From Cenococcum geophilum (lineage: Eukaryota), in NCBI GenBank assembly GCA_050273025.1, contig CP158635.1:7006001-7070000 (forward strand): 64,000 bases of DNA. Direction: 5' to 3'. The translations under genes and the position numbers were made by a program. Position 1 is the first letter of the stretch, and each line of letters opens with the position of its first letter. This document shows, piece by piece, positions 12,898 to 27,084 of this stretch. The notes beneath the pieces were generated by a model. It was not told the origin of the DNA and made no database searches. It saw only the letters and a list, made by a program, of their open reading frames with translations.

Positions 12898-14710
12898 GTT
12901 GACTGCTGTAATGTATTAAATAAAGTAGACGTCCTAAGTCTACGACCACCTTCGGAATTGTGCCAGACCAGCTGGAGCCGTTTCTCGAGGTAATAGATGG
13001 AATGAGCGACAAAGACGCGTAGTCTTAAGAGGAGGTCGCGGTCGGGAAGCCGCAATTGCTGTGCCGGTGTGCTGGCCTCTGTAGTAACAGCCCAGCTGTC
13101 CACCGCCAGCGGGTATGTTGGTGAAAGAATTGGTCGGAGTGAAATCCTTGAGGACCCAAGAGAAGAGGCTGAAGCGCGTGTCTAGGGAGTGTATGAGGTC
13201 TCACACTAAGTCCGAGTCGGGAATATTAGGAAGGTGCATGACGCGAGTGGGATTCCTAGAGCGCGGGACGTCTGATGCGCACAATGTCCGGGCGTGTTTT
13301 ATCAACTATCAGATGGCGCACGGCGGCATGGCCCAAAGGTTACAAGACCGAGCAATGGCGAAATTAGTGAGCGTGTTTGTGAATAGAGCGACAGCTGGAT
13401 GGAGTGGAAGTGACGGGCGCGAAACGGGCGAACGATTGGGGTATCACAATGATTGCAATACAAATGAAGGGTCAAATGCGAGGCAGCCAAGAAACCAAAC
13501 AAGAGTGCAGGGCATCTATTGGTAACATGTCCTTTTACGATCACTGTACTTTGCTCATGTTGGACAGCATTCATCCCTGCAGCTGGCGGCTGGCAAAGAC
13601 CCGACCGCTCAACTCCGCGTTTGAGAAGGTCGCATGGGCGGCCCACTCAACGCCAATCAAGCTTGCTGCGAGAAGGCTAAAAGCCACCCGCCGACCGATT
13701 AAGCAATGACTAGACCTGTTCCTGTGTATCCGCCGCTTCAGACTGGCATGGGTGTTAATTGGTACCCTGGTGATTGCTGTTACTTGAGACGCCCATGACG
13801 ACTCGAAGCTCCTCCTATGAATACTACCAAATATCATCGAAGACGCACATCCAGCGATCACGATTTTGTCGAAAGAGTATGCAGTCATCACGTTGCGCAG
13901 GTTGATTTTGAGTGTGCAGGTCTCTCGATAAAGCGCCGTGTCTCAACCCGCATTTCACGGTTATCCATTAGTTCTCGGTCAGATCATCCGAGGGCATCTG
14001 CTCACGCTGCTCTGTTCTACCATCATTTAGCCATCTTCTGGTCTTACCGCTTTCTTTCCTTTCTGGGTAATAATGCCGAATAACAACGCCGAATATCTAC
14101 CAGGAAATGAACATGTTGTAGTTGCGCCACTGTCCACGTATCAACCATGATATATCCCAAGACGCAATCGTATAAAGTCGGGTACAATAACTAAATTACA
14201 TTTGACTATGCACTGCTTCTTTTTAAACAGCAGGAAATTTTCTTCTACGCTGCATACATACCTTTCGTAGTTCTAGTCATAAATGTTGCGCTGAACTGTG
14301 CATTTGTGCGAACTCATACACAGCGTGAGAGCTTTGTTCTTGCTTAAAAAGGACGAGAGAGCTCCTAGACTTGCCTGCCTAATGCTTCTATACTATACTG
14401 TTCCTTCAATTAAGACTGCTTTGTCGTTTCCTTAAGCTACTCCCAAGCTTCGTCCTCTCGATTCTGAAATTGTAGCACACTCCCTTTCCTCTACCTATCC
14501 ATCTCACATCCCACCACCGCAGCATCAGCACCAATGCAAACAACAATCGCCCCTCAACCCCCAAGCACATCCAAATCCACATCCACACTTCCCCTTCTCC
14601 GTCCTCATAACCGGTGCCAGCTTCAGCTTCCTCGCAAACTCCTATGCGGATACGTAGACTGATGGGACGGCGAATCTCGAAGTATACAGGTTCCGGGCCC
14701 ATATAAAACC

Positions 14711-14950
14711 AGCGCGAGGATTACCGATCCGGCGAAGCGCAACATTCTGGCACTATTGAAACCGCCACACTAATTCGGTGCAAAGCAGTTGTCTTTACAA
14801 ACGGATTACTGTGAGCGGTTTAACAAGCCTAATGTGCACGTTATCGATACTAACGCCACACCGGTGACGGAAGTAGTTCTAGAAGGCATTCGGACAGCGG
14901 ATGAAAAAATGCACGAAATTGAAATAAGAACACTAGTGACTGGTTCGATA
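14711..14950 (+). pseudogene. Fragment of Baeyer-Villiger (cyclohexanone-type) flavin monooxygenase
   Basis: Reads RARITDPAKRNILALLKPPH*FGAKQLSLQTDYCERFNKPNVHVIDTNATPVTEVVLEGIRTAD, which resembles the BVMO C-terminal half. It has an in-frame stop and no N-terminus. Confidence 0.7.
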
Positions 14951-15379
14951 GCATTACGGGTGGGTTGCCGGATTATATTCGAAGGCTTGACGGGCTTAGA
15001 GAAAACGGTATGAGGTTTGAGGCGACTTGAATAAACACATATGAAAGCACTGTATGATACAAACGGTTTTGGATTTGGGCTAGCGCAACTACAATTATAG
15101 TCATAATCACGCCTCTTCATCCAGCATAGCACAGCATAGGGTCTAGTTTTAATTTAATAAAAACCACTTTCATTCACGCATCTCTGCTCTCGTCCATACG
15201 CTATACTAGCTGAACTCCCCAATCGCGCCCATCCACCCGAGAGTGTGCCAAATAAGCATCCCATAAATAAAAAACAGAAGAGGCATGCTAAGTGCAAGCC
15301 GGTCTACCCATAAGTTTTATACTACAAAGCCTCCTCTTCCACCCCAGAAGCCTCGCTTTTTTTGTTTCTATAAGAGCGT

Positions 15380-16452
15380 TTATAGCTCGTCGTGGCCACT
15401 GGGCTCCTCATCGCTGTAGTCGGGCATTCCGCCCGCGCCGCCACTGTACAGCTTGCTGGTGATGGGGTATGCCACGCCACTGAGCTTCTCCTTCTGCTCA
15501 TCGAAGTCCTCGGCCGTGGCCGTAGCGGCGTTCTCTTCTAGCCAGTCTTGAGTTTCCTTGACGGCTTCGAGGATCTATTTCATACGTTAGTCATGTGTCC
15601 TTTGATATAGGGGAAGAAGGGAGTCTTACAATCTCCTTGTCCTCCTCGTCAATCTTGCCACCAAGACCTTCCTCGTCGTTGACCTGGTTCTTCAGGCTGT
15701 ATGCGTAATTCTCGAGGCCGTTCCTGGACTCAATGCGCTCGCGGGTAGCCTTGTCTTCCTCGGCGTACTTCTCGGCTTCCTCAACCATACGCTCGATTTC
15801 CTCAGCGCTCAGGCGTCCCTTGTCATTAGTGATGGTGATAGACTCAGACTTGCCGGTTCCCTTGTCGCCGGCGCTGACCCTCAAGATACCGTTGGCGTCG
15901 AGCTCGAATGTGACTTCGATTTGAGGAACACCACGAGGCGCAGGACTAAAGCACATTAGTGGATGTGTGAGATAACGTGGGTAATAGGGTTAGTGCGCTA
16001 AGTCGTGGCCGGAATTCAGCAGCGCCAACCACCCTATTCCAGCCACGACTTAACGCACCAACTCTTGCACCCACGTTAGAGATGTAAAGAGGACTTACGG
16101 AATGCCAGTAAGCTCGAATTTGCCCAACAGGTTGTTATCCTTGGTCATCGAACGTTCACCCTCGTAGACCTGGATCAAGACTACAGGCTGGTTATCAGCG
16201 GCAGTCGAGAAGATCTGACTCTTCTTGGTGGGGATGGTCGTGCCACGTTTGATCAAGTGGGTCATAACACCGCCGGTGGTCTCGATACCGAGGGTCAAGG
16301 GGTTGACATCCATCAAAACAAGGCCCTCAGCTTTGGCTTCGCCGGAAAGGACACCACCTTGAACAGCGGCACCAAAGGCAACAGCCTCATCAGGGTTGAC
16401 ATCTTTACGGGCTTTCTTGCCGAAGAACTCCTCGAGCATAGCCTGGACCTTT

Positions 16453-16484
<32 letters not shown>

Positions 16485-17774
16485 ATCGTCAATGTCACTC
16501 TTCTTCATCTTGGCGTCCTTGAGAACCTGTTCAACGGGCTTGAGCGTCTTCTTGAAGAGATCGTTGTTCAATTCCTCGAACTTGGCGCGGGTAAGAGTCT
16601 CGGAGAAGTCCTCACCGGCGTGGAAAGATTCGATTTCGATCTTGGCGGTCTTCTGGGAAGAACTGTACATATTATTAGCAACTGTAATATTAGAATAATG
16701 GGAGGGTGATCCTTACAGAGTTCGCTTGGCTTTTTCAACCTCACGCTTCAGCTTGCCCATCGTCTTGGGGTCCTTGTTGATATCAACGTTCTTCTCCTTG
16801 TTGTACTTCTTGGCGAAGTAGTTGATGACACGGTTATCGAAATCTTCACCACCAAGATGAGTGTCACCAGCGGTCGCTTGGACCTCGAAAACGCCGTTGT
16901 CAATCGTGAGGATGGAAACATCGAAAGTGCCACCACCAAGATCGTAGACGATGACTTGACGCTCATCTTTATCAGTCTTGTCCAGACCGTAAGCCAAAGC
17001 TGCCGCGGTAGGTTCATTGACAACACGGAGGACGTTGAGGCCGGCAATAGTACCGGCGTCCTTGGTAGCGGCTCTCTGAGCGTCGTTGAAGTAAGCCGGA
17101 ACAGTGACGACGGCATTGGTGACAGTCTCGCCGAGATAGCTCTCTGCCACCTCCTTCATCTTGCCCAAAACCATAGCGCTAATCTCCTCTGGAGTGAAGG
17201 TCTTCTCCTCATTGTGAACATCGACTTTGACGCGGGGCTGGCCGTTCTTGTTGACGACGGTGAATGGGAAGTGCTTCAAATCAGCCTGAACCTCCTTCTC
17301 GACGAATTTACGTCCGATCAAGCGTTTCTGCGAGTACGTTAGGATTTGTATCTTACAAGGATGAAGAAACGGATTCTTACAATATCGAAAATTGTCCGGT
17401 GAGGATTGCTGGCGTACTGATTCTTTGCCGCATCACCAACAAGTCTCTCCTCGTCGGTAAAAGCCACCCATGAAGGCGTTATTCGGTTACCTGTCCAAAC
17501 CATCAGCTCCAGCCCGTGAACTCGGCTGAGAGTACATACCTTGGTCGTTGACCATTATTTCCACCTTGCCATTCTTCATTACACCAACACAGGAGTATGT
17601 GGTTCCCAAATCGATACCGATCACGGGCCCAGTAACTTGGTTCTCTTTCAACGGCTCCTGGTCTGCCCTCGCGGTCGAAGCGAGCATCAAGCCCCCGCAT
17701 AGAACGAGAAGAAGATAAAAGGCCATAGACCAGGCCGAACGCGACGACTCGCCGCCTCTTGACCGCCTCGGCAT
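15380..17774 (-). CDS. KAR2: ER Hsp70 chaperone BiP (multi-exon)
   Basis: Signal peptide, [34 protein letters not shown], and C-terminal HDEL-stop. Confidence 0.98.
15973..16078 (-). other. Long RNA hairpin inside BiP intron 15946-16098
   Basis: Outer stem TAACGTGGGT/ACCCACGTTA. Inner 27-bp stem in which the three non-Watson-Crick pairs are G-U on the transcribed strand. Confidence 0.75.
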
Positions 17775-18942
17775 CGTGAAGATGTGTGATGCGAATAGGG
17801 AGGTGAGTATGCTCGATCTCTATCGAAGAGCCTAGCAAAGAATGGGTATAGGACAATACAAGAGGTCTACGTCCCCAAGACCAACAAGTGGAAATGAAGA
17901 AAAGTGGTGGAAGAAGTGGTGTGGGAGAGAAGGAAGAGGGGAGGGAGAAAAGGCTATGGGGGAGAACTTAAAAGTAGCCAGAGTGTGAAGTTCTGAACAG
18001 AATACAGTTGCATTTTGACGCACTTAAGCTCTCACCGCCTGCCGGGAAAGGCTAAGCACTAGGCCGCATGCGCCACTTCTCAATAACGCAACTTGTCCTT
18101 TCGAAGCTGAGCAAGAGCCCCAAGAGCCTCTCACAGAGATGCTTCTAATTAAGTCTAACCACGCCCCAATTCCGGCCGGGATTTGTGAACACGTATAGCT
18201 TTGCTCGCGGCAAATAAGTGGTGGTCATCATTTCACGATATGTGATTCCAGCGCTCTTTAATTCCAGCTTTCAGCCTCGGCCTTTCTACCAGTGCTGTAC
18301 ACCAAGCTATGCTTTACAAAAACTGCATGTTATTTGAACTTTTTTTATTTTTCTTTATTTTTAAAAGTCAAACCCCGTTTTGATTTCTCACAAATAAGGC
18401 GTTCTTGCGATGCATTATCGAGCAATAGATACAGCCCCGTTCGCTCGCCACAATAAGAGCTGGTCCATGCGGTCAGGAACAGCCGCAGAGCTTCTTCCAA
18501 GTGTCCTTTTCTCAGCCTCGCATGAAAGGGTGATGTATCCTCTACTTACCGATCGCGGACTTCCACACCAATCGTCTGCAGTTCCAAGATGGGGCAAGAA
18601 TAACTCTTTCGTGATTACTCAATAAGCTTTTAGGTAGACAGAAGTCATACCGCAAGTTTATTTGCGGCGAGAAGGAAATAACCCTAATCCTTCATAGCGT
18701 TGGCGTTCTGCAAATAGCTTCAGAGCAGCTATATTAGGGTTATTGCCAGCACGTAAATATGCACAGTGCAAGGCTTTTTGCAGTACAGCCTGCTGTTCTG
18801 ATTGTTCAATAACAGTCGTATTCATCATACGTGTCTTGCGTCTTGTGTCTCGTCAATGTAGCTATGATTCATCCACGGCAAACGGGCGGGGTCCAAAAGA
18901 ATGGCAAATCGACGCCGGCACATTTGCCATAACTTCGCTCCT

Positions 18943-20377
<1,435 letters not shown>

Positions 20378-20591
20378 ATTCCACGGATGTTTTGAGGTAG
20401 AATTATGAATATCTAGGGGATTCAAAGACCGATGTGGGTAAGGTGAAATAGCGGGCACAAACACTTTATACCTGCAAGCCTTCGGCTCCAGCGGGCTTCC
20501 CACTTGCCTCGAGAATTTCACGGAACATCCTCGGATTGCGGTTGAGTTTCTTCATGTACAGTTATTCCCGAAAGTAACGTAGGCGATACAC

Positions 20592-20692
20592 CAAAATACT
20601 GCCAAATGCCTCAGAAGTAACCGTTGGGTCGTGCACGCCGTCATATCGTGCACGACCCAACGGCTACTTCTGAGGCATTTGGCAGTATTTTG
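20592..20692. repeat. Near-perfect inverted repeat (46-bp arms, 9-nt spacer, 1 mismatch)
   Basis: CAAAATACTGCC...GTCGTGCACG at 20592-20637 and its reverse complement at 20647-20692. Confidence 0.9.
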
Positions 20693-21059
20693 ATATCCCA
20701 TCTATATCTGGAAGGCGATAGATCCACCGTCATAACCCTTATCGTCGTCATGACCCTATCACCGACGTTAACGAACACCAACGAACAGCCCAACGAACAA
20801 CCTCCTAGAAGATGCGCAGTTGATTGGTGCGTGGATTACCCGGCCAACACTCGGATGGAAGTCGTAATTTCTTGCTAATCATCATCCCCGCAGTGGCCAT
20901 GGCGTCAGTATCATTACTCATAAAGCCTGTTGCTGATCCAGCATGTTTCTTGCTTGGCAAATACCCAAATTAAGGTATGTATACGTCAAACTTGATGCTC
21001 TAAGTCAAAGATTCGACCCCTTAAGCCTGATTTTATATTGTTACATCAGAGTGCTGTTT

Positions 21060-22791
21060 CTACCACCCCTCAAGCGCTTTCACCTTGACAAATAAACCCC
21101 CTTTAGGTCTTGCTGTGATCCCTCCTTGAATTTCCAGCTTCATATTAGGATCGGAAAGCTCCATTTCGTAATGGCCAAATAATGCCGCCAGCAAAATTGC
21201 AAACTCTGCCTTGGCAAAATCTTTCCCAATGCAGCTTCTTGGACCATGCAAGAAGGTGAGAAAGGAGTAGTTGCTGTCAGCGCCGCCAGTATTAGTTCTT
21301 CCAGGCTCCATCCAACGATCTGGGTTGAAGTTCTTGGCATCTTCGCCCCATAACTTTTGGCTGCAGTTTATCGCCCATGGGCTGATAACAATACAGGTGC
21401 CTTTAGGGATTGGGTGGCCGAGAATAGTGGTGTCGTGAGCGGCTTCCCGAAAGGTAATTGGAACCGGGGAGAAAAGACGTAGGCTCTCGTTACAGACCGC
21501 GTTAAGGTAAGGAAGATGATCAATCTCCATCGAAGATATTTTTGCGTCATGGTCGAGAATAGATGGAAGATTGCCTCGAATCTCTTCGCGCAAACGCTTT
21601 TGCATGTCGGGGTGAAGACATAGCAGGTATGTAGCCCATTGAAGTGCTGAAGCAGTTGTTTCGTGCCCAGCTGCTAGAAAAGTCATGAGTTGATTGACGA
21701 GGTCATCATCACTGAAACCACCAGATTCCAACGCCACAGACAGAATGTCAACATCCGTACGTTCCCCTTTCTCAAATTTCTCTTTTTTACTCTTGATCAA
21801 GTCGTAGCAAGTCTGTTTAATGAGCTTGATAGCGCTTACAAGTTCCTCATTACGCTTAACGGGAAGAGCCCGTAAAATCCAGATGGGAACAACATTGCCT
21901 AGGATTTGCATGGACCGCGCAATGCGGTCAGTTGCGAATATTCTTCGATAGGTCTGATTCAGCTCGTTGTCAGGGTCTTCAATTGCACCGAAATCCCGCC
22001 CCAGTCCAGCAATGCCAATGATATCAAGCGTTGCTCGACTGACCCAATTGCCGATCTCGACTACGGAATATGGTTGTTCGGTTGGAATGCCTAGCTTTTG
22101 AATAGTGACATCAAGTGCCTCGATCAATTCTCTTGATTTATTCCAGAAAACTGGGTAGAGATCCTTAATGTGGCGGTACGCAAACGCTGGCATGAGAGTC
22201 CTTCTTTGCCTCTGGGAATAATTAAGCAACGATCTACTGTAAATGAAACTTGAAGATGGTACCTTGTGTTCTTCGCCCTCTGCTAAAAGAATGCCAATGC
22301 CCAAAACTCTTCCAAGGCCGTTCCCCAGTCGCCCAGGTTTAATGAATTCATAGTTCCTGTGCACGAGGACCTCAGCTAAACCTTTGGGGTTAGTGATAAG
22401 CACACGATCTTCGTTGAAAAGAAACGCGTATCGAATAAGGCCTTCATTCGGAACTTCTTCTGCCCACCGCTGTTGGGGCGCGCCTGAAGGCTCCTCCAGG
22501 ATTCGACGATAATTGCCAACGAGAAAATTGCCACCCTATAAGATCCTTAGAATTTAATCTTTACAACTTTACAACTTCACTTACTGGGGCTGCTGGGAGA
22601 TGCCGTAGAGGGCTAAAGTACTTAGGCCAGACAATCACAGTCCATGTGAAGAGGCAAGCTAGCTGAAGGCCGTAAAGAGCAGCAACAGCCCAGTAAAACG
22701 AGTGGTAGACATTATATGTTGCAGCATAACGGGTCACAAAGAAGGATATTAGAATAGAATCCAGGAACAGAACTTTCTTCTGGACGGCCAT
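21060..22791 (-). CDS. Cytochrome P450 monooxygenase (3 exons)
   Basis: N-terminal TM plus SPLRHLP, AGHETT, ESLR, PDRW, and heme motif FLHGPRSCIG. Confidence 0.96.
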
Positions 22792-23475
22792 ATCTGCGGC
22801 GAGGCTACAACGATAATGGTTTTCGTTGTGCAAAGCAACGCCTCTCTGTGGAGAGACAAATAACCGTATATATCAACACAACAGGCTGCACAATAATAAA
22901 GGTAGTAGAAGTAATATAACGCTGACGAGAGTCCTAGTTCTAAGTGCTGGGTTGAGGCTGGAGGTTGGAGAGGGGCTCCATTTTATGGCTCTAACATTGC
23001 AAGTGTTATTTGGCGAAAGCGGTTGGTCGTCGCTTGGAGGCGCTATCCCTTCGCGTGGCAAGTTTTCTTGGACTTTTCGTATATGCACGCCTCATAAGCC
23101 AATTAGAGGCTCTATACCGTAAAGAGCTTGGTGTTAAAGCCTCCGGTCAGTGAAGGTGCCGGCGCCTCATTGACGCTTTTGACGCTTGGATATTGCGGTA
23201 AACAGTAGCAACGTGGCCAAGAAGCCTATAATGTTTAGTGTAGTTGATTAAAAAGCTTTAATATTAAATTTTCAGACTTTATGCCGCCCAAAAAAAGTCG
23301 TGCGTCTTCGCCTCCGAAGCCTCCAAGGTTGGTTAATAAAGGGCAGAAACTTAAGTCATGATGTCATACATCACAGCTTTTTGCCCAACTTCCCAAAATA
23401 AATATATATAGGTGTTTATAGTGGTGGCCTTCTACAGTATTTCATCGACCATCGCAATATTGACGCGTTTTGGTA

Positions 23476-23937
23476 ACGTAAAAACCCCCCAAGCGAGACA
23501 TCCCCCCCAGCGAGACACCTTAATTACCTGATTCTGAGCCACGCTTATTAAAATAATATTATATTAAATCTATTTCTGAAATAGACTATATCTTAAAAAC
23601 GAACTATATATTTAAATTTTTACTTTATTAAGTAGGAAGGAAGATAAAAGTATACTCTAATTAAAAAAAAGTTTGGGAAAGCCTGGTTTATTAGTGATAA
23701 GGATCCACCTAGCGTGCTGCGATCTTCACGCTGAACTGAAGAAACTAAAAATCTTTAATAAAATTTTATTCCTTCAAAAAAAAATTATATACTTTTTAGG
23801 AGGCTTTTTTAGAGTATACTTGCTTTATATTAAATTTTTTAATTTCAGAAAAAGCTATCTTATTGCTACTAAAATTGAAGAAACGTGTTAAAAATTGTCT
23901 CGCTTGGGGGGGTGTCTCGCTGGGGAGGGAGGCACGT
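23476..23937. mobile_element. pogo/Fot1-type MITE
   Basis: TA|ACGT...ACGT|TA ends, imperfect TIRs with duplicated CCCC(C/A)AGCGAGACA motifs, and an AT-rich non-coding interior. Confidence 0.8.
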
Positions 23938-24129
23938 TAAGGCTTGCTAATAAAATCACGCTAGCTAGGGTGTCTGCAGCATGCTAACCCAGGAAAGAAC
24001 GCCCAAAGCGCCCAACACGAAAAGTCTCTTTTGCCACACAAAGGGATCGCGTCGTTAAGTCGGGTGGTCGGCTAGTTCAGTTTCGCCGAAGCCCCGACTG
24101 CAAAAGCGGACCAAATGATTCGGACTCTA

Positions 24130-24592
24130 CTAGTGGTCCCGGGCTCAATGCAACAACCGAGCTCAATGCAACTTTTATATTTGTATGGCGTCTCATACAA
24201 AATCAACCTTTTTCCAAGTTGAATAACTCAACAACAACGCTATAATAAATTATTAAATATATATACTTCTTTTTTTTATACCTAAATAAGTATAAAGAAA
24301 CTTAATTTTAATATTAATTTTCTATTTTATAGAAGTTTTAGTATTTACTGGCCTTAAATAAAATATAATAATAAAAAGTATAGAAATACAATAAATACAA
24401 TAAATATCAGCTTTAAATAAGTTATATTATTGATTTTTAAAGGATTATATATAAGCCTTTAAATTCTTATATAATTTCTATGTAGTATTGTTAAGTTATT
24501 CAACTTGGAAAAAGGTCGATTTTGTATGAGACGCCATACAAATATAAAAGTTGCATTGAGCTCGGTTGTTGCATTGAGCCCGGGACCACTAG
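24130..24592. mobile_element. Tc1/mariner-superfamily MITE with ~100-bp TIRs
   Basis: TA|CTAGTGGTCCCGGGCTCAATGCAACAACCGAGCTCAATGCAAC... is mirrored almost perfectly at the other end, with a TA duplication. Confidence 0.88.
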
Positions 24593-26449
24593 TAAGCGCT
24601 GCTTACTAGTGGGTGCCACGAGTACTGCGAGTTTCGCAGATCGAGAAGCCTGCTCTCTCGGTTCCATATGAAGGGTCTTTTCATTGGGGTGTTGCCACAT
24701 TGGAGGCTTTTTGGATAGATCTTTGAAGGCTACCGGAGCAAAATTAGTGATTGATACTCTTTGAAATCGCAGCAAAGCGTTCCTAGAGTCCTTTTCCTGG
24801 TCCTGTTCAGATCTACCGATAACTACCTTAGGGCGCCCAGAAGGCTGGACGAAAAAAGTGCGGATACCGAAAACTTACTAGCCCGGCAAGCCTCGATTGA
24901 GGATTAGTTGTCAATGGGAAGAAGTTCTCCCTTCTGCCGCGTCATTTTAAGGACACTCCAATATATTTCAGCGGTCACTCACGAGCGGAACTTAACGCTC
25001 TACCTGGAGAAAGATACAGTGCAGACCAATCACCTCTCGCTCGGGGTGCCGCGGCATTAGGTGCAGGCCCTGCTGTCCAAATTCCAACTCGCATCAGCAA
25101 TACGACTCCACGGCGGACAGCACTGGATTTCCAAGTATCAATCTAGAAGGCTAATGAGCGTAGGATAGCAATCGGATCATCAATTGGCCCGGGCTCGACA
25201 GCTTCTGTGCAATACTCCATTGTTGTAAGTTTGCGTGAACCTACAAACTATAATGTAGGTTTAAATACTCACGATCATATGATGAAATAGGGCTCTAGCC
25301 GTGCGCTTGTTGGACTTGAGGTAGCTCGAGCCAGTGCTGAAGTGGCTATTGAAAACGACCTTAATGATCCGTTTATGCCACTGCAGCCATTACAAACCGA
25401 TTTGATATACCAGTCAGCGGAAAGCCCCATAAGAGGCGTTGCACAGCAATCAAGCCAACTTCTAGCATAAGACAGTCAGCCACAAAACAAACGCCCCACT
25501 TGACTCTCTAACATATTAAACGACGACGACCCAGAACAGGAACCAAGCCTTGTAATGGTCAGGGTAAGCGTGGATACTTAGAGGCGTTCTTATGCGAGCG
25601 GCTGATGTGACTTTGACGGTTGAAATATTTAAGTTCTCTAGGATCGATTCATTTGGGTTCCTTGGTGTTGGATTTGGAGCTCTGGAATTGGACTCTTGGT
25701 GTGCCGGGTACTGCTGTGCAGCTGAACAGACTTTCTATTATTACCGTGGGCTTTCATACCCTTACTCTTGGAGTTTGCTAGACTGGAGGAGAAGCGACTG
25801 ACGGTTCTGGACTTGTTACTTTCCGCTTCTATAGGCGGGGAATTTCTACCTACTACTCTAATGTACTTACTTCGGCATTACGGTTTAGAGAAATGATTGA
25901 GATATCATCTGATAACTAATCCTAACCTGATGGCGTGATAAAAATGTCAATAGAGGATTGTCCAAGCTCTAGTCACTAACCTCATTTATTTGTCACACAT
26001 ACACCTAAGTATTTGAGGTTTCAAAGCCTATGCATAATGAATTACTAGAGTGACACTATCTTTTTTCTCAGTTTTCAGGTGATGTAGGTGCATGAACAGC
26101 AAGTATTCGATAAAGCGAGTTTGAAGAGCCCGAGCGAAGTAACGATGCGCTGAACCATACACTGGACAAAAAAATAGATTGGAGGTAACGCCTGTGATTG
26201 TTGCGTTCGAACCAATTAGAGAGCTCCCGGGAAATCATTCGAGCAGAGATATAACAGACCAAGACGCCGAGAAATGCCAATGATGCAACAAATGAAATCA
26301 GAAACGCTAGACAAGATACAAGTAACAGCAAGAAATGCAGTGTGACTACAGGGTATCAAAGAAAGATCCCAATGTATCAGGAGATACAGGATCGAGAGTT
26401 AAGGCGATGGTAATTGCTATCAAGAAGACGAAACCGTAGCATCTGTTAG

Positions 26450-27084
26450 TTATGATCTTCCTGCCTGGGCAGGCCTCTTGTCAATGCCCAGAGCATCGTC
26501 AAACTGAACCGTAAGGGCACCAGAACCAATTGCCTGGACACGATCCCAGCTGCCCTCTTCATTACCATTGTCACCAATTACGTTTTCTAGCCACGTTGCT
26601 TCGTCTTCGTCGCCCGCGCTGCCTGAAGAAGAAAGCCTACTTCCGGGAGTTCTTGGAGCAGGAAATCGCTCGTGGAAGAGGCGAGGGTATTCGGAGGTCA
26701 TCTTTGACCCTTCTTCGTTGTACGCCGATTGCGAGACATCAATTAACTTGCTAACAAGGGATGGAGATATTAGCTTCAGGTACCAGACGGAGGCAGGAGA
26801 CCTACTCCGACGTCTGCGCGCAAATCCGCTCTAACGCGTCTCTCTGGCGTCGAATCTCTTCTGGATCTGGTTGAGGCCCACTGTTGGGACCACCAGTGCC
26901 ATAGTGGCCTGGTTGGTACGGGTCGCCGAGCAAGTGCGAGGTGTCAGATCGCTGAGCAAGGGGGAAAATTAGCACGTTTATGCGCCGTAAGTGCTGCAGA
27001 CAGCAGTAGAAGAGTTGCGGACGCACTCACATCAGATTGAGAGGTCCGCCGCCCCAGACCTAGACAGGAAGAGCAGATGCCCAT
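26450..27084 (-). CDS. LAMTOR1/Ego1(Meh1)-like lipid-anchored vacuolar protein (3 exons)
   Basis: MGICSSCLG myristoylation/palmitoylation start, SDTSHLL dileucine-type motif, and EEIRRQRDALERICAQTS|..LIDV across two GT-AG introns. Confidence 0.72.

Noticed and set aside
18089..18099. UPR element CAACTTGTCCT upstream of BiP
   Set aside because: It is only a near match to the filamentous-fungal UPRE consensus and is too short to support without conservation data.
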